A stretch of DNA of 64,000 nucleotides from an uncultured Candidatus Saccharibacteria bacterium (lineage in GTDB: Bacteria; Patescibacteriota; WWE3; 2-01-FULL-39-13): NCBI GenBank assembly GCA_965230915.1, contig OZ246395.1, positions 664,935 through 728,934 on the forward strand, written 5' to 3'. The position numbers were made by a program, and so were the translations under genes. Shown here one piece after another: positions 1-10,685 of this stretch (positions are counted from its first letter, which is position 1; each line of letters begins with the position of its first letter). Below the pieces are notes generated by a model. The model did not search any database, was not told the DNA's origin, and worked only from the letters and a program-made list of their open reading frames with translations.

Positions 1-281
1 CCAAATTTTAGTAAAGCTGAATAGATTTTGATTGCTATAAACTGACACCATAAAAGTGGAACTCCAGGATGATATGTAACGGCGGTTCCGGCAAAATCTA
101 ACGAGGTTAGGGCAGATCCGAATGCATAACCTCGAGATTTCCATAAAAATGCATCGTTATTTATGAAGTCATACCCCAAAGTTGGAAGTCTATATAGTAA
201 TGTGGCAATAAAGATATAAATTTCAGAGGGAACAGCCTTAAATATGGATAATACCGATTTAATTAGCTTTTTTATAAACAT
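1..281 (-). CDS. GT-C (PMT/ArnT-like) membrane glycosyltransferase, 5' part only (runs off window start)
   Basis: Read manually: ATG at 281 gives MFIKKLIKSVLSIFKAVPSEIYIFIATLLYRLPTLGYDFINNDAFLWKSRG...TYHPGVPLLW. The D-A-x-x-W and YHPGV motifs are shared with the 10686 gene. Not in the ORF track. Confidence 0.75.
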   Translation of the reverse strand, partial: MFIKKLIKSVLSIFKAVPSEIYIFIATLLYRLPTLGYDFINNDAFLWKSRGYAFGSALTSLDFAGTAVTYHPGVPLLWCQFIAIKIYSALLKF

Positions 282-1740
282 AGATTATTGGGCCTTGCCT
301 AAAGGAGTTTCCGATAGTTTCAATTAGCCTTATTTTATCATTATTTTCGATAGGGGTCTGAACTAGCACAACGTCATTTTCGCCAAGGTCAAAACCATCT
401 TTTGCCTTTTTCATATTTAAATTATTGATAACATCCGCTTCTTGTAAATCTGTTCCTTCTATATATATTTTACCTTTGGCTTCGCGGGTGGCTTCGTAAT
501 ACTCTAAAGCTAAATTTCGTGTATCTCTTCGTAAAAACAATCCTGTACTGTGAAAAGAAAACCACATTAAGACTATTAAAGATAAGAATAAAATCGATTT
601 TATTTTAATCTTATTTAATCCCCATGCACAGACGACGGCCAAAAGCGAATACATTGGTATGAAATAATGTGGGCCAGATCTTGAATAACGCGACATGAAT
701 AAAATAAATCCTAAAATTACTGCCGACATTATAATAATTAAATTTTTTTCTTGAGGTTTTGTGTCTTTATCATATGCTTTAGTTACTGAATATAAAAATA
801 AGACGGCCATTACAAAACCAGTGCTTCCGGCAATATTTCTTAACTGAACAAGAATAGCTGGCACATAATCTGAAAACCCTAGCGGACCTGAATTTTCGAA
901 AAGTTGCCACAAAAATCCCCTTCCATAATCATATGACCAAAAAATATCCCAATCAGTAATAATTTCCGGAGTTGTAGCAAGTAATGTTATAAGCGAAATT
1001 AATCCAAATACTACAAATTTAACAAAAATATTTTTTATAACTTTCGCGTTCAACTGGTTTTCTGATTTTAGTTTAAAGAATACAAATAAAACTAAAATTA
1101 TCGACATTATAATTGCGTTGTATTTAATTCCACTTGAAATACCAAAAAATATTGCAGCTAAAATAATATCTTTATATTTAAGGCTTATCGAAAATTTATA
1201 CGAAAAATAAATTGCCCAAGATAAAAAGAACAAAAGCGAAACATCCGGCGTTGCAACATGCGATAGATAGACATGAAATGGAATAACGGCAAAAAGCGCA
1301 GATGCTATGATTGCCGCCCTGCGTGAAAACATATCTCTCGTCAACAAATATATCGGAATAATAGTTAGTGTTCCTAATAACGCATTTAAAAATCGGCTTA
1401 TCACATAAAAAATAAATGGATCACTCCATAAAACCGGGAACATTCTTTCTAAAAAGCCTTGTAGACCAATTAGCTGTAAAACGGCGCGCGCTTTTATAAA
1501 AACAACATAAAAGAAGTAATTAAAATAAAATGTAAAGTGTGGCCAGTCAAAATGATTTATTTCTGATGTATATCTTAATCCTAATGAACTTCGAACAGTC
1601 GCCGGCTCATCAATATTAAAAACATATGGGTACCCATATGTTATGCCGATAACTCTGAATAAAAACGCAACACCAAGTATTATAAAAAGATATTTATATT
1701 TAATGACTGTAGATTTAATTTTATTTATAGTTTCTGACAT
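259..1740 (-). CDS. GT-C (GT39/GT83-like) membrane glycosyltransferase
   Basis: Multiple TM segments. First-loop DE motif (FNIDEP), HFDWP, IKYN motif, C-terminal DTRNLA. Confidence 0.8.
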   Translation of the reverse strand: MSETINKIKSTVIKYKYLFIILGVAFLFRVIGITYGYPYVFNIDEPATVRSSLGLRYTSEINHFDWPHFTFYFNYFFYVVFIKARAVLQLIGLQGFLERMFPVLWSDPFIFYVISRFLNALLGTLTIIPIYLLTRDMFSRRAAIIASALFAVIPFHVYLSHVATPDVSLLFFLSWAIYFSYKFSISLKYKDIILAAIFFGISSGIKYNAIIMSIILVLFVFFKLKSENQLNAKVIKNIFVKFVVFGLISLITLLATTPEIITDWDIFWSYDYGRGFLWQLFENSGPLGFSDYVPAILVQLRNIAGSTGFVMAVLFLYSVTKAYDKDTKPQEKNLIIIMSAVILGFILFMSRYSRSGPHYFIPMYSLLAVVCAWGLNKIKIKSILFLSLIVLMWFSFHSTGLFLRRDTRNLALEYYEATREAKGKIYIEGTDLQEADVINNLNMKKAKDGFDLGENDVVLVQTPIENNDKIRLIETIGNSFRQGPIIYVYKKAN

Positions 1741-3145
1741 ACCAATATGCTGTTATAAGACCAAACAAACCAGCAAGAATAATATTATTTATACCAAGAT
1801 AGTAAGCCCCAATAAAGGCAAGAGATATGACTGTAAATTCAACATCGCGTTTTAATAGTGGATAAAACCCGATGGTTTTCTTGATCAGCCAAATATAAGA
1901 GATATATCCGATCAATGCACCAAGTCCCATTCCCAAAGCAAATGCCATTAGCGGATCAATTCTTAATAGATAGAAGGCTACAAAAGTAAACACGAACATG
2001 ATTACAGTTGAAACAACTGCAGTCCACATAATTTTTGTCGGAACAGATAACCCTGACCTTAACAAATTAATATGCGCGTGAGCCCAAAAGCCTAGAACCA
2101 TTGGATCAATAAGCACAAATGCGGCCGAATATTTATCTGAAACCGAACTTTTTCCCATAAAAGAAAATATGTAGTCTGCTATAAAGATAGCTTCGCGTTT
2201 TAGAATTACAAGCATAATGGCAAAAAACATAATAAGGAAGTATGCTTTGGAATTTCCATTTAAAAACGTCTCGTTAAATTTGTCTCGCGACTTCTCATAA
2301 ACACTAGTCATAGATGGCAAAGTCACATCGGTTATAGCATCAGATACAACCATTATTTTTGACGCGATAAGAATTGCAAATGCAAATACTCCCAATATTT
2401 CTTCTGGTACTGTTTTGCCTAAAACAACTAATCCGAGTTTTTCCCATTGAGTTACTAGGATTTTGATCGCATACATATAAAGACCTATTTTGAATACCGC
2501 CTTTATTATCTCTTTTAGCTCCTGCTTGTTTGGAATATCGATATCTTTTCCATAATCAAAAAGCTTAAATGTATATGCCAACAAAATTAAAGTAGATAAT
2601 ACATTATAGATAAGTAACGCATAGTAAAATCCGTTAAAGCCATAGGTAATTACCAAAGGTATATAACATAAAACGCTCAAAAAAGCCGTGGCTACTTGAA
2701 ATATAAATAAAAATCTAAATGCCTTTAATCCTTGAACTACAGAATTTAAAACAGATTGAAGTGCTTGAACAAAAAGTGTAATAGCAAAAATTTGAATAGG
2801 CCAAACAATTTCAGGATGGTGATAAAAGTCATTTCCAATACTTGGCGCAAAAATCAAAAGACCTAATCCAAGTGGCAAAGAAATTCCATATCGCACAGCA
2901 AGAGAACCGATAAAAACTCTAAATGCTTCCTTCTTGTCTTTGGCAGCAGCAATTTCCCTGGTAGAGCCAGATGAAATTCCTAAATTTTGAAAAACTCCTA
3001 CAGATGCTCCAATTGACGCAACAAGATTTACTAAACCATAATCGCCAACAGATAAAACTTTTAAAATGACAAATGATTGAATAAGACCGATTGCGACCGC
3101 AGTAAATCTTGAGATTATAGAAATTAATGACCAGCTTATTTTCAT
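1721..3145 (-). CDS. Wzx/MATE-like oligosaccharide flippase
   Basis: About 12-14 TMs, N-terminal LSVGDYGLVNL pattern typical of PST flippases, located in a glycan locus. Confidence 0.8.
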   Translation of the reverse strand: MKISWSLISIISRFTAVAIGLIQSFVILKVLSVGDYGLVNLVASIGASVGVFQNLGISSGSTREIAAAKDKKEAFRVFIGSLAVRYGISLPLGLGLLIFAPSIGNDFYHHPEIVWPIQIFAITLFVQALQSVLNSVVQGLKAFRFLFIFQVATAFLSVLCYIPLVITYGFNGFYYALLIYNVLSTLILLAYTFKLFDYGKDIDIPNKQELKEIIKAVFKIGLYMYAIKILVTQWEKLGLVVLGKTVPEEILGVFAFAILIASKIMVVSDAITDVTLPSMTSVYEKSRDKFNETFLNGNSKAYFLIMFFAIMLVILKREAIFIADYIFSFMGKSSVSDKYSAAFVLIDPMVLGFWAHAHINLLRSGLSVPTKIMWTAVVSTVIMFVFTFVAFYLLRIDPLMAFALGMGLGALIGYISYIWLIKKTIGFYPLLKRDVEFTVISLAFIGAYYLGINNIILAGLFGLITAYWYVRNYK

Positions 3146-3147
3146 GA

Positions 3148-4644
3148 TTATCTAAATACGTAAACCTTCTTGCCAGATTCAGAAGTATATATTACCTCTT
3201 GAGTAGTTGTATCATACTTATCTATTATTTCTTCCTTTTTGTTGTGGTTTAATTCGCTTTTTAATTCAACGTAATAAACTGGTTTGTTGTCACCGTCTCT
3301 TTCTTTATCCCATTTAACCCAGGTGAAATATTGTTCCTTTAATTTTGGGTCAGCTTCGTAAAACCAAAGCATATAATAAATTGGCTGCGCATTTCCGCCA
3401 TAAACATCTATATTTGCTCCATTTGAATCTTTTCGAATTACTTCAGTAACTTCTCGCATGTAACTAAATGAGTCTACTTCTCGATTAATTGTTAAATATT
3501 GATTCAAATTAATAGCAACAAATCCAAAAATAATTAATAAAGTCGAATACCAATAATTCGTTCTGTATAACCTTGCCAACAAGCTTGAAATATATAAAAC
3601 AATAAGGGGAACAAAAGCTGCTGCAAACCATTTTGAATGCGGCTCTGATGTATCGAACTTAACTACTAATCCGAAAGTTAATAAATATAATACGAGTGTA
3701 AATGCTAGAAGTGTAGAATTATTCCGTTTTCTGAAAAATAAAACTGCTTCATAGAATAAGAAAATTAAAATTAGCCCTGCTATTACCATCGGGATCATAT
3801 CTGTGTTGTTAAAAAGTACGAGTGAAATATTTTTTAATATAGCCGTAAAGAAATTTGTAGTTGCGGTAATAAAGCTAACCTTTTCTTCTCCGCCATTTTT
3901 AAGGTAAGAAAGCAGCTGTTTGATAGTCCACCATGCAAGTTTCTTTTCTTGAATTAAATAAGGCACAACTCCCAAAATTCCATATAAACCCAAGGCTAAC
4001 ACTGTGGATTTTAATTGGAATTTAGGTTTATAGAAAAAATATAAAACTGCAATTGGGATTAATAAGAAAAATCCAGCTGGATGAAGTGCCGTTACAAAAG
4101 ATAAGGCAAAAGCAAACCAAATCAAAATTTTACCTTTGCCAGTTTTTAGCCATTCAGCATATGAATAGAATGCCAAAACCGAAAACGGAAGCATTAAACT
4201 TGGATTAAGCCCTTCTCCACCTTGCCTTATTATATAGAGTGAAAAGCCATAAACTATAGCCGTAATAAAAGCGGCGGCTTTTCCATAGAACTTATAAGCT
4301 ACAAATATTAAAAGTAATAAAGCAATTATATTTGCGATCATGCTGGCTACAGGCGCAGAAATTGGGCTAAAATTGAACAAAAGATAGAAAGGATAGAGCA
4401 TGTAATAGTAAATTGGACTCATAAAGCCCCAAACTACCGAGAAAACAGGCCCGACGAAGATATACTCACCATATTCATGCATTTTAAAACTAACAAGATT
4501 ATCACGAGAATTATCATGCCCGAAGGTTATAAAATCATAAAAACGAGCAAATCGCAGTACAACAGAGAAAAGAATAGTGATAGAAATAGCTAAAAATCGC
4601 CTTGATAGGATGATTTCCGTAAATTTTAATTTCATAAGAGTCAA
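3148..4644 (-). CDS. GT-C membrane glycosyltransferase (likely start ATG 4635)
   Basis: Multi-TM. FGHDNSRD first loop, GP..SPIYYY and NPSL motifs typical of CPR ArnT-like proteins. Confidence 0.75.
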   Translation of the reverse strand: MTLMKLKFTEIILSRRFLAISITILFSVVLRFARFYDFITFGHDNSRDNLVSFKMHEYGEYIFVGPVFSVVWGFMSPIYYYMLYPFYLLFNFSPISAPVASMIANIIALLLLIFVAYKFYGKAAAFITAIVYGFSLYIIRQGGEGLNPSLMLPFSVLAFYSYAEWLKTGKGKILIWFAFALSFVTALHPAGFFLLIPIAVLYFFYKPKFQLKSTVLALGLYGILGVVPYLIQEKKLAWWTIKQLLSYLKNGGEEKVSFITATTNFFTAILKNISLVLFNNTDMIPMVIAGLILIFLFYEAVLFFRKRNNSTLLAFTLVLYLLTFGLVVKFDTSEPHSKWFAAAFVPLIVLYISSLLARLYRTNYWYSTLLIIFGFVAINLNQYLTINREVDSFSYMREVTEVIRKDSNGANIDVYGGNAQPIYYMLWFYEADPKLKEQYFTWVKWDKERDGDNKPVYYVELKSELNHNKKEEIIDKYDTTTQEVIYTSESGKKVYVFR

Positions 4645-4667
4645 TATCAGTTAATTTTAGCACTTTT

Positions 4668-6209
4668 TTGCAACTTAGAGCCTCTATTTTAGCTCTTTTT
4701 CAGCTATACTTTTATATAATGTTTAGAAATCTCCATGTTTCACAATGGTTTTGGGCGGTATTCACGCTGGCCATAATTGCGTTTTTAATAAAAATCCCTG
4801 GGCTAGACTGGGGATTTCCAGGAACATTTCATAATGATGAGAGCAACGTCATTCGCTCCTCGTTAGGAATGAGATTCGGAGATCTAAATCCACATCATTT
4901 TGACTGGCCTTCGTTCTATTTTTATATAAATTACTTTGCATTTTTAGGTTTTATAAAATTACGAATTTTATTGCAAATGCTTTTCACAACAGATGCGATG
5001 AAAGCAACCTTTCCATTTTGGTGGGGTCCTGACCTTCCGTTTTACTATATTTCTAGAATAATTGCTTCAATATTTTTTAGTTTAAATATTGTGGCAATAT
5101 ATTTTTTATCAAGAGAATATAAACTTTCGAATAAATTTTCCTTTTTAGCCTCATTAGTTTTTGCCACCGGATTTTTATCAAACTATTTTTCATTCTACGG
5201 GTTAAATGACACCGCACTAACTTTTTTTATAACTGTATCGGCTTATTTTTGCATAAGGATTTTGAAGTATGGCAATATATCCGATTATATTTGGGCAGCG
5301 GTTTTTGCCGGATTCGCAACCTCAATAAAATATAATGGCGCGATTATGTGCTTGTTAATTTTAATAGCACACTTAATGCGTCAAAAAAAGTTTGATATTT
5401 TTAATAAAAAGTTAATAATTGCAGCGTTTATATCGGTTGCATTCTTCTTTGTTGGAACTCCATATGCACTTTTAGATTGGGAAACATTTAGCCGCACCGA
5501 CAGCGAGCATGGTGCACTATGGCAAATCGAACATATGGGACGTGCATACAACTGGCCATATCATCTTTTGGAAACAGCTCCTACAAATTTCGGCTTTTTG
5601 GCAGTGGCTTTTGGATTTTATTCGATCTACCTAATAGTAAAATCCAAAAACCATGAATACTATTACCTTCTCATTTCTTGGTTAACAATGCTCCTTTATA
5701 TAGGCAGTTGGGGAATTACACGCGAACATTATTCATTACCAATGTTCCCATTCTTTGCATTATTGATTGCTATTAGTATTTATACACTTACAAAAAACAC
5801 AAATAAAAATATTTTTTATATTCTAGTTGCTTGTATTTTGGTACAACCAATAATAAACACTTCCGTCGAAATTTATAAGCGGAGTCATATCGATACAAGG
5901 ATTTCATCTGGTCAATGGATCGAAAAAAATATTCCACAAAGTAGCACAATCATTTCTCTTGAAAACCTAACGGGATATTTTGGAGGGAATTTACCCATAT
6001 TTGATTATCAAAAATATCAGGTTTATAAAATCGAACCCGATACAGAATCGGTTAGGGAAAGTGCAAGTGAAAAATATTTAATAATCGTAGACGACAGGCC
6101 AACTGCAGAATATGAATATTCAAATGACCAATTAATTTATGAAAACGATAATAAATGGACAACTGGGCCGAATATTAAAATTTACAAATTAAATTCTAAT
6201 TTGAAGTAA
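4668..6209 (+). CDS. GT-C membrane glycosyltransferase (likely start ATG 4719)
   Basis: FHNDE, HHFDWP, IKYNG and DTR motifs. Paralog of the 259 and 12321 genes. TATACT lies 8 nt before ATG 4719. Confidence 0.8.
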   Translation: MQLRASILALFQLYFYIMFRNLHVSQWFWAVFTLAIIAFLIKIPGLDWGFPGTFHNDESNVIRSSLGMRFGDLNPHHFDWPSFYFYINYFAFLGFIKLRILLQMLFTTDAMKATFPFWWGPDLPFYYISRIIASIFFSLNIVAIYFLSREYKLSNKFSFLASLVFATGFLSNYFSFYGLNDTALTFFITVSAYFCIRILKYGNISDYIWAAVFAGFATSIKYNGAIMCLLILIAHLMRQKKFDIFNKKLIIAAFISVAFFFVGTPYALLDWETFSRTDSEHGALWQIEHMGRAYNWPYHLLETAPTNFGFLAVAFGFYSIYLIVKSKNHEYYYLLISWLTMLLYIGSWGITREHYSLPMFPFFALLIAISIYTLTKNTNKNIFYILVACILVQPIINTSVEIYKRSHIDTRISSGQWIEKNIPQSSTIISLENLTGYFGGNLPIFDYQKYQVYKIEPDTESVRESASEKYLIIVDDRPTAEYEYSNDQLIYENDNKWTTGPNIKIYKLNSNLK

Positions 6210-8277
6210 CTTCAATCGTTCCGAGGTAAATATCTGACGCATCTAATAAGTCACCCATTCCCCAATAGACGTTATATTTGCCTTCCTTTAGCGTATTTAA
6301 TTTCGGGTAAATAGTCTCTTTAACATATTGATTTTGCTCGGCCTTATCTAGACTTTCACCAAACCCAACTGAAGCGTAATCAACAAATTGCAATTTATTA
6401 TCTTTATTGCCTTCTTCTTCAAAGATCCAATAAGTAACTTTGTCTTTAAATGTTCCACTTAATATCGCGGCTGCAGTTACAAAAGGCTCGGGATCATTTT
6501 TATTTATCACTTTTGGCATATCAATTAATTTAAAATCCATAGAAATCTTTTTAGTTTCAACTGGAATGCTTTCGTATTGTGCAACTTCTGACATATCTAC
6601 AAATTCAGCAGTATCTCGATTCACACCCTCGACAAATGCCGATACCTTTCCACAACTATATATGTGTTCATATTTATCCATAGCGTTCATTCGGCGCAAA
6701 CCTTCCTTGTTAAATATCCAGCCTGAATCCCCGAAAGCACCCAAAGTTTTTGCTTCAAATAAATCGGCGATAACCATATCTGCATCCCAATACCTTGACG
6801 GGAACAATGCGTTAACTCTTCTTAATGATGACTGCGCTCCTAAGTAATCTGGACCCGTATAAATTTCAGGGTTGCGTTCATTTGTAAGTCTAGTCATCTC
6901 TTCTAAACATTCATTGTAATTACGTGGAACTCTAGAAATTCGTTTCTGGCCAAATGACTCTTCAGCTGCAAAAACCTTACTAATAATTTTGCCTTCAATA
7001 AAACTTCTACCTGAAACATATAGAGGATTATTAGTTATATGTGAAAAATACAGATTCGAAATTAAAATTGCCCCCGAAATTACAATAAAAATACTGGTCA
7101 TATATTTCAAATTTGGAAATTTCTTCATCTGTATATATCTTAAGAACTGAAATAAATACACAAGTGACAAAAATAAGCTCACAATAACAAAAGCTATGCG
7201 GTGATTCGAAATATCAAAAATTTCTTCTTCACTCAGAACAACTATTGCTAAATCCGGAATAGACATCAACCACACCGGAGAAAATGCAACTACATATCCA
7301 AGCGGCCCGAATAAATTATTTAAAGCTTCAACTTTTTGCTCGTTAAAAGTTTTTTTGTAAACTAAACCTGGTTTTAAAATTACATTCATTGCAATTTCAC
7401 CATAAGAATTGCCTAAATATGCATATCTATTTAAAAAGAAATTTTCACCGGAAATATTAGCGGCTTCTGTAGTGCTTACCCCAACTTGTTCAAAAAACGT
7501 ATTTACACTTTCGGTTCTGTAGTGCGAATAATGTGGAATAAAAACTAAAAAGCATAAAAGTGTCCATGTTAATCCGATTATAAAAGTTTTTATAGCTAAG
7601 GATTTATTTTTAAAATATAAAAATACAGACCCCAATGCTAATAATGCGCCAATTTCTTCTTTTCCGGCTAACATTAAAACAATTAAAGTCCAATATATAA
7701 TGTTTTGTTTCAAGGTGGCTTTTGACAAGAAATTATTTCTTTCTAAATACCAAACGAGCCAAATCAAAAGTGGAGCGACAAATGATATTCCATGAAACCC
7801 AGTCCAAACTAGAGTAAAACCATTAGCAGGATACATTACATATGAAAGCACAATTAAGTATGCTGCGATATTTGATTTAGTTTTCCAGCGAATTAAAGCA
7901 AATAGCGGATATATTGCTGATAAAATTATAAGCTGTTGCCCTAAAACCAAAACCATCGGGTCTGCATAAAACCAATAAATTGGAGCAAAAATTGCAATAA
8001 TCGGATCAATGTGACTCATTCCCCAGCGAGGCATATTTGTACCAAATTGATCAGTTACTTCCATAAAATTGCCATGAGCTGTATTCCAAACCATTTGAGA
8101 CATATTACCCAAGTCAAATTTTCCATATTCATAGTTTTCATAGCGCTTATTTGCAAGAATAAAAGAATAAACAGAAGCTACTATAAATATTAAAGTAAGA
8201 ATTATAATATGAGTTTTTTTACCAAATTGCAGAATTTTCATATATATATTGTTAAAAATTCCAGCTATGCGAAGCAT
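6196..8277 (-). CDS. DUF2079-family membrane protein (GT-C-like fold)
   Basis: FDLGNMSQMVWNT, H-x-D-P-I, GFH and KEE motifs characteristic of DUF2079, plus a soluble C-terminal extension. Confidence 0.75.
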   Translation of the reverse strand: MLRIAGIFNNIYMKILQFGKKTHIIILTLIFIVASVYSFILANKRYENYEYGKFDLGNMSQMVWNTAHGNFMEVTDQFGTNMPRWGMSHIDPIIAIFAPIYWFYADPMVLVLGQQLIILSAIYPLFALIRWKTKSNIAAYLIVLSYVMYPANGFTLVWTGFHGISFVAPLLIWLVWYLERNNFLSKATLKQNIIYWTLIVLMLAGKEEIGALLALGSVFLYFKNKSLAIKTFIIGLTWTLLCFLVFIPHYSHYRTESVNTFFEQVGVSTTEAANISGENFFLNRYAYLGNSYGEIAMNVILKPGLVYKKTFNEQKVEALNNLFGPLGYVVAFSPVWLMSIPDLAIVVLSEEEIFDISNHRIAFVIVSLFLSLVYLFQFLRYIQMKKFPNLKYMTSIFIVISGAILISNLYFSHITNNPLYVSGRSFIEGKIISKVFAAEESFGQKRISRVPRNYNECLEEMTRLTNERNPEIYTGPDYLGAQSSLRRVNALFPSRYWDADMVIADLFEAKTLGAFGDSGWIFNKEGLRRMNAMDKYEHIYSCGKVSAFVEGVNRDTAEFVDMSEVAQYESIPVETKKISMDFKLIDMPKVINKNDPEPFVTAAAILSGTFKDKVTYWIFEEEGNKDNKLQFVDYASVGFGESLDKAEQNQYVKETIYPKLNTLKEGKYNVYWGMGDLLDASDIYLGTIEVTSN

Positions 8278-8289
8278 AGCGCTTAATTT

Positions 8290-8988
8290 TCATTCGTGAA
8301 ATCTGTATTTTACTAAAGTCCAAATTGCCTCCGCTCCATCTTGAAGAGCCTTTAGCTTTTTACCGGCATTTGTTGTTCTTGGAAAATAACTAATTGGAAT
8401 ATGATGAATTTTATATCCTTTTTTGCGGGCTTTTGCTGTGACTTCTGGGCAAAATTCAAAGCGTTTGCATTCTAGTTTTATATTTTTTAGAATTTCGGTT
8501 TTAAACATTTTGTAACAAGTGGCTTCATCTGGAATATATTCTCCATATAATAGGCTTGCTACAAGCGGCAAAATAACATTATTGCCTAAGAAATTCTTCC
8601 AATCCATTCCTTCATAAAATCTTTTGGTTGCAAAACGATTTCCATAAACGACATCAGCATCATTTTCTAAAGCGTAATTAAGCATCTTAACCAAATCTTG
8701 TGGGTCATACTCAAAATCAGCATCTTGTACAACAGTATAATCACCGGTTACGTGCTTAAATCCTTCTCGAAGGGCTGTACCTTTTCCACCATTTTTTTCC
8801 ATTAAAATAACTTTAGAGGAATTCCCTACGTCGTCATATTTCTTAAGAACTTCACGCGTCCCATCCGTAGAACCGTCATCGACAATGATAATTTCTTTAT
8901 CAATATCAAGCTTTTCTATTGTTTTTAGCACTTCCAAAACGGAAGACACCTCATTATAAACTGGTATAACGATTGATAATTTAGCCAT
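8290..8988 (-). CDS. GT2 glycosyltransferase, polyprenyl-phosphate sugar synthase-like
   Basis: IVIPVYNE, VDDGSTDGT, GKG, QDADFEYDP, TCYK motifs. Confidence 0.85.
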   Translation of the reverse strand: MAKLSIVIPVYNEVSSVLEVLKTIEKLDIDKEIIIVDDGSTDGTREVLKKYDDVGNSSKVILMEKNGGKGTALREGFKHVTGDYTVVQDADFEYDPQDLVKMLNYALENDADVVYGNRFATKRFYEGMDWKNFLGNNVILPLVASLLYGEYIPDEATCYKMFKTEILKNIKLECKRFEFCPEVTAKARKKGYKIHHIPISYFPRTTNAGKKLKALQDGAEAIWTLVKYRFHE

Positions 8989-8991
8989 ATT

Positions 8992-10653
8992 TTAATTTAC
9001 TTTATAAATTTTTGTTGTAAAAACGGTATAGTCACTATCATCTAATATATTGAGCTTATCCGCAACTATATCTAAAGGATCGCGGATAGGTTGGCGATAA
9101 ACATACAAAAGGTCAAACCTTGGATCAGCTTTAGGATCAACAAACATACTCTCACGATTAAATTCATCTGTCCAAAGAAGATATGAAGCATTATTAGCCT
9201 TTAATAATCTGTATTGCTCGTCTAAATCTCGCATACTATTTTTGCGATCTAAATAAAACCCTTTTGATCTTAAATACCATTCGGTATTTCCTGTTTCATC
9301 TGAATAGGCAGTAATTCCATCAAGAGGAGCAACAAACTCAATTCCCTTCATTACTGATTCATAAATTCGACTTTGGTTGTAAATAATTACCGAGACAATA
9401 ATAATATTTAATCCCAATAAAGTTGTAATAAGGTATTTCTTGGAAACTTTAATAAGCGGAAGAATTATCAGAATAACGCTTACTAGTAAAATTAATACAA
9501 AAAGCAGTTTCGACGCGCCTAGAAAATATAATTTTTGTGAATATTGCAGATAAGCAAATAGACCAAGTACAAAAATATTAATTAATACAAATTTTCTCAC
9601 GTCGATTTTTTTGCGATCGAAAATTTCAATTCCATGTAAAAGAAGAAATGATAGAAATGGAATCACTGCCATATAAATTCTCGGCAATGATGGGGTCCAA
9701 ATAAATCCGATAAGAAATTCCTGAAGTATGAAAAGCGCAACTGGAATTAAAAATAAATTGGGCTTACCCTGATTCATTTTTTTAAATGCGTGAAAAATAA
9801 AATATACAGTAATTGGAATCACTAATATAAAAAGTGTGTAGGTTAAAAAATATTCAAATCTAGCAAAATTGAAAACGAAAGTTTCAACCTCATCTAAATA
9901 ATCATTATTTACAGGGCCTTCATATAAAACTTTTGCGTAAAGCGTCCATGGCACATAAACTAAAATCTGCGGGGTAAAAAATACTAATACGCTTCTAAAA
10001 TTTTTACCGAGATTGCTTATCAAATCCTTTATCTTAAATGAAAACTTTTTTGTATCTATTTTGTAGATTAGAAAGAATAGTCCGGTGGCACTTGCAACAA
10101 AAACTCCTTCGAGGCGGGTCATTGTTACTGCTAATAAAAGGCCAGATAGCCAATACTCTTTAGATTGATAATTCTTTTCTGAATACACACTTGGGAAATA
10201 ATAGAAGAACAGTAAAACCATAAAAGCAAAAAGTGGATCTGCCATTACGCGAATGCTCCAGTATCCAAATACCGAAGAAGTTATTGCAAAAATTACAGCT
10301 AAAAGCGCATATTTCTTATTTTCTGAAATAAATTTAAGATAAGTTGCATAAATTAGGACGATCGTTCCAGCCGAAATTATAATAGATAAAATTCTTCCCC
10401 AAAAAACTGGCGCATTCATTAAAATGCCAGGAACTAACAAAACCGAATAAAAGGGCCAACGTTTTTCATCCCATGGCCAAGAAAAATGAGAAATATAATC
10501 GGCTGCACGAATCATTCTGAATGTATCTCCCCATTCGGTGTAATTTATGTTAATAAGAAGAATCCTTACAAGAATATAGGCACCAAGAAGTATAAATAGG
10601 CTCAAATTAGCGCGTACCAGCTTGTTAATTTTATTCATATATTCGATAGTCAT
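8992..10653 (-). CDS. GT-C membrane glycosyltransferase
   Basis: Multi-TM, EWGD first loop, KRWPFY, ADP and TRLEG motifs. Confidence 0.7.
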   Translation of the reverse strand: MTIEYMNKINKLVRANLSLFILLGAYILVRILLININYTEWGDTFRMIRAADYISHFSWPWDEKRWPFYSVLLVPGILMNAPVFWGRILSIIISAGTIVLIYATYLKFISENKKYALLAVIFAITSSVFGYWSIRVMADPLFAFMVLLFFYYFPSVYSEKNYQSKEYWLSGLLLAVTMTRLEGVFVASATGLFFLIYKIDTKKFSFKIKDLISNLGKNFRSVLVFFTPQILVYVPWTLYAKVLYEGPVNNDYLDEVETFVFNFARFEYFLTYTLFILVIPITVYFIFHAFKKMNQGKPNLFLIPVALFILQEFLIGFIWTPSLPRIYMAVIPFLSFLLLHGIEIFDRKKIDVRKFVLINIFVLGLFAYLQYSQKLYFLGASKLLFVLILLVSVILIILPLIKVSKKYLITTLLGLNIIIVSVIIYNQSRIYESVMKGIEFVAPLDGITAYSDETGNTEWYLRSKGFYLDRKNSMRDLDEQYRLLKANNASYLLWTDEFNRESMFVDPKADPRFDLLYVYRQPIRDPLDIVADKLNILDDSDYTVFTTKIYKVN

Positions 10654-10685
10654 TTTGCTGTGCTATCGCTATAATCTTATCATTA

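Noticed and set aside
6440-6847. This and the many other 60-135 aa ORFs nested in or opposite annotated genes (for example 17032, 19074, 30691, 36617, 56106, 58965)
   Set aside because: They fully overlap well-supported genes and have no motifs or start signals.
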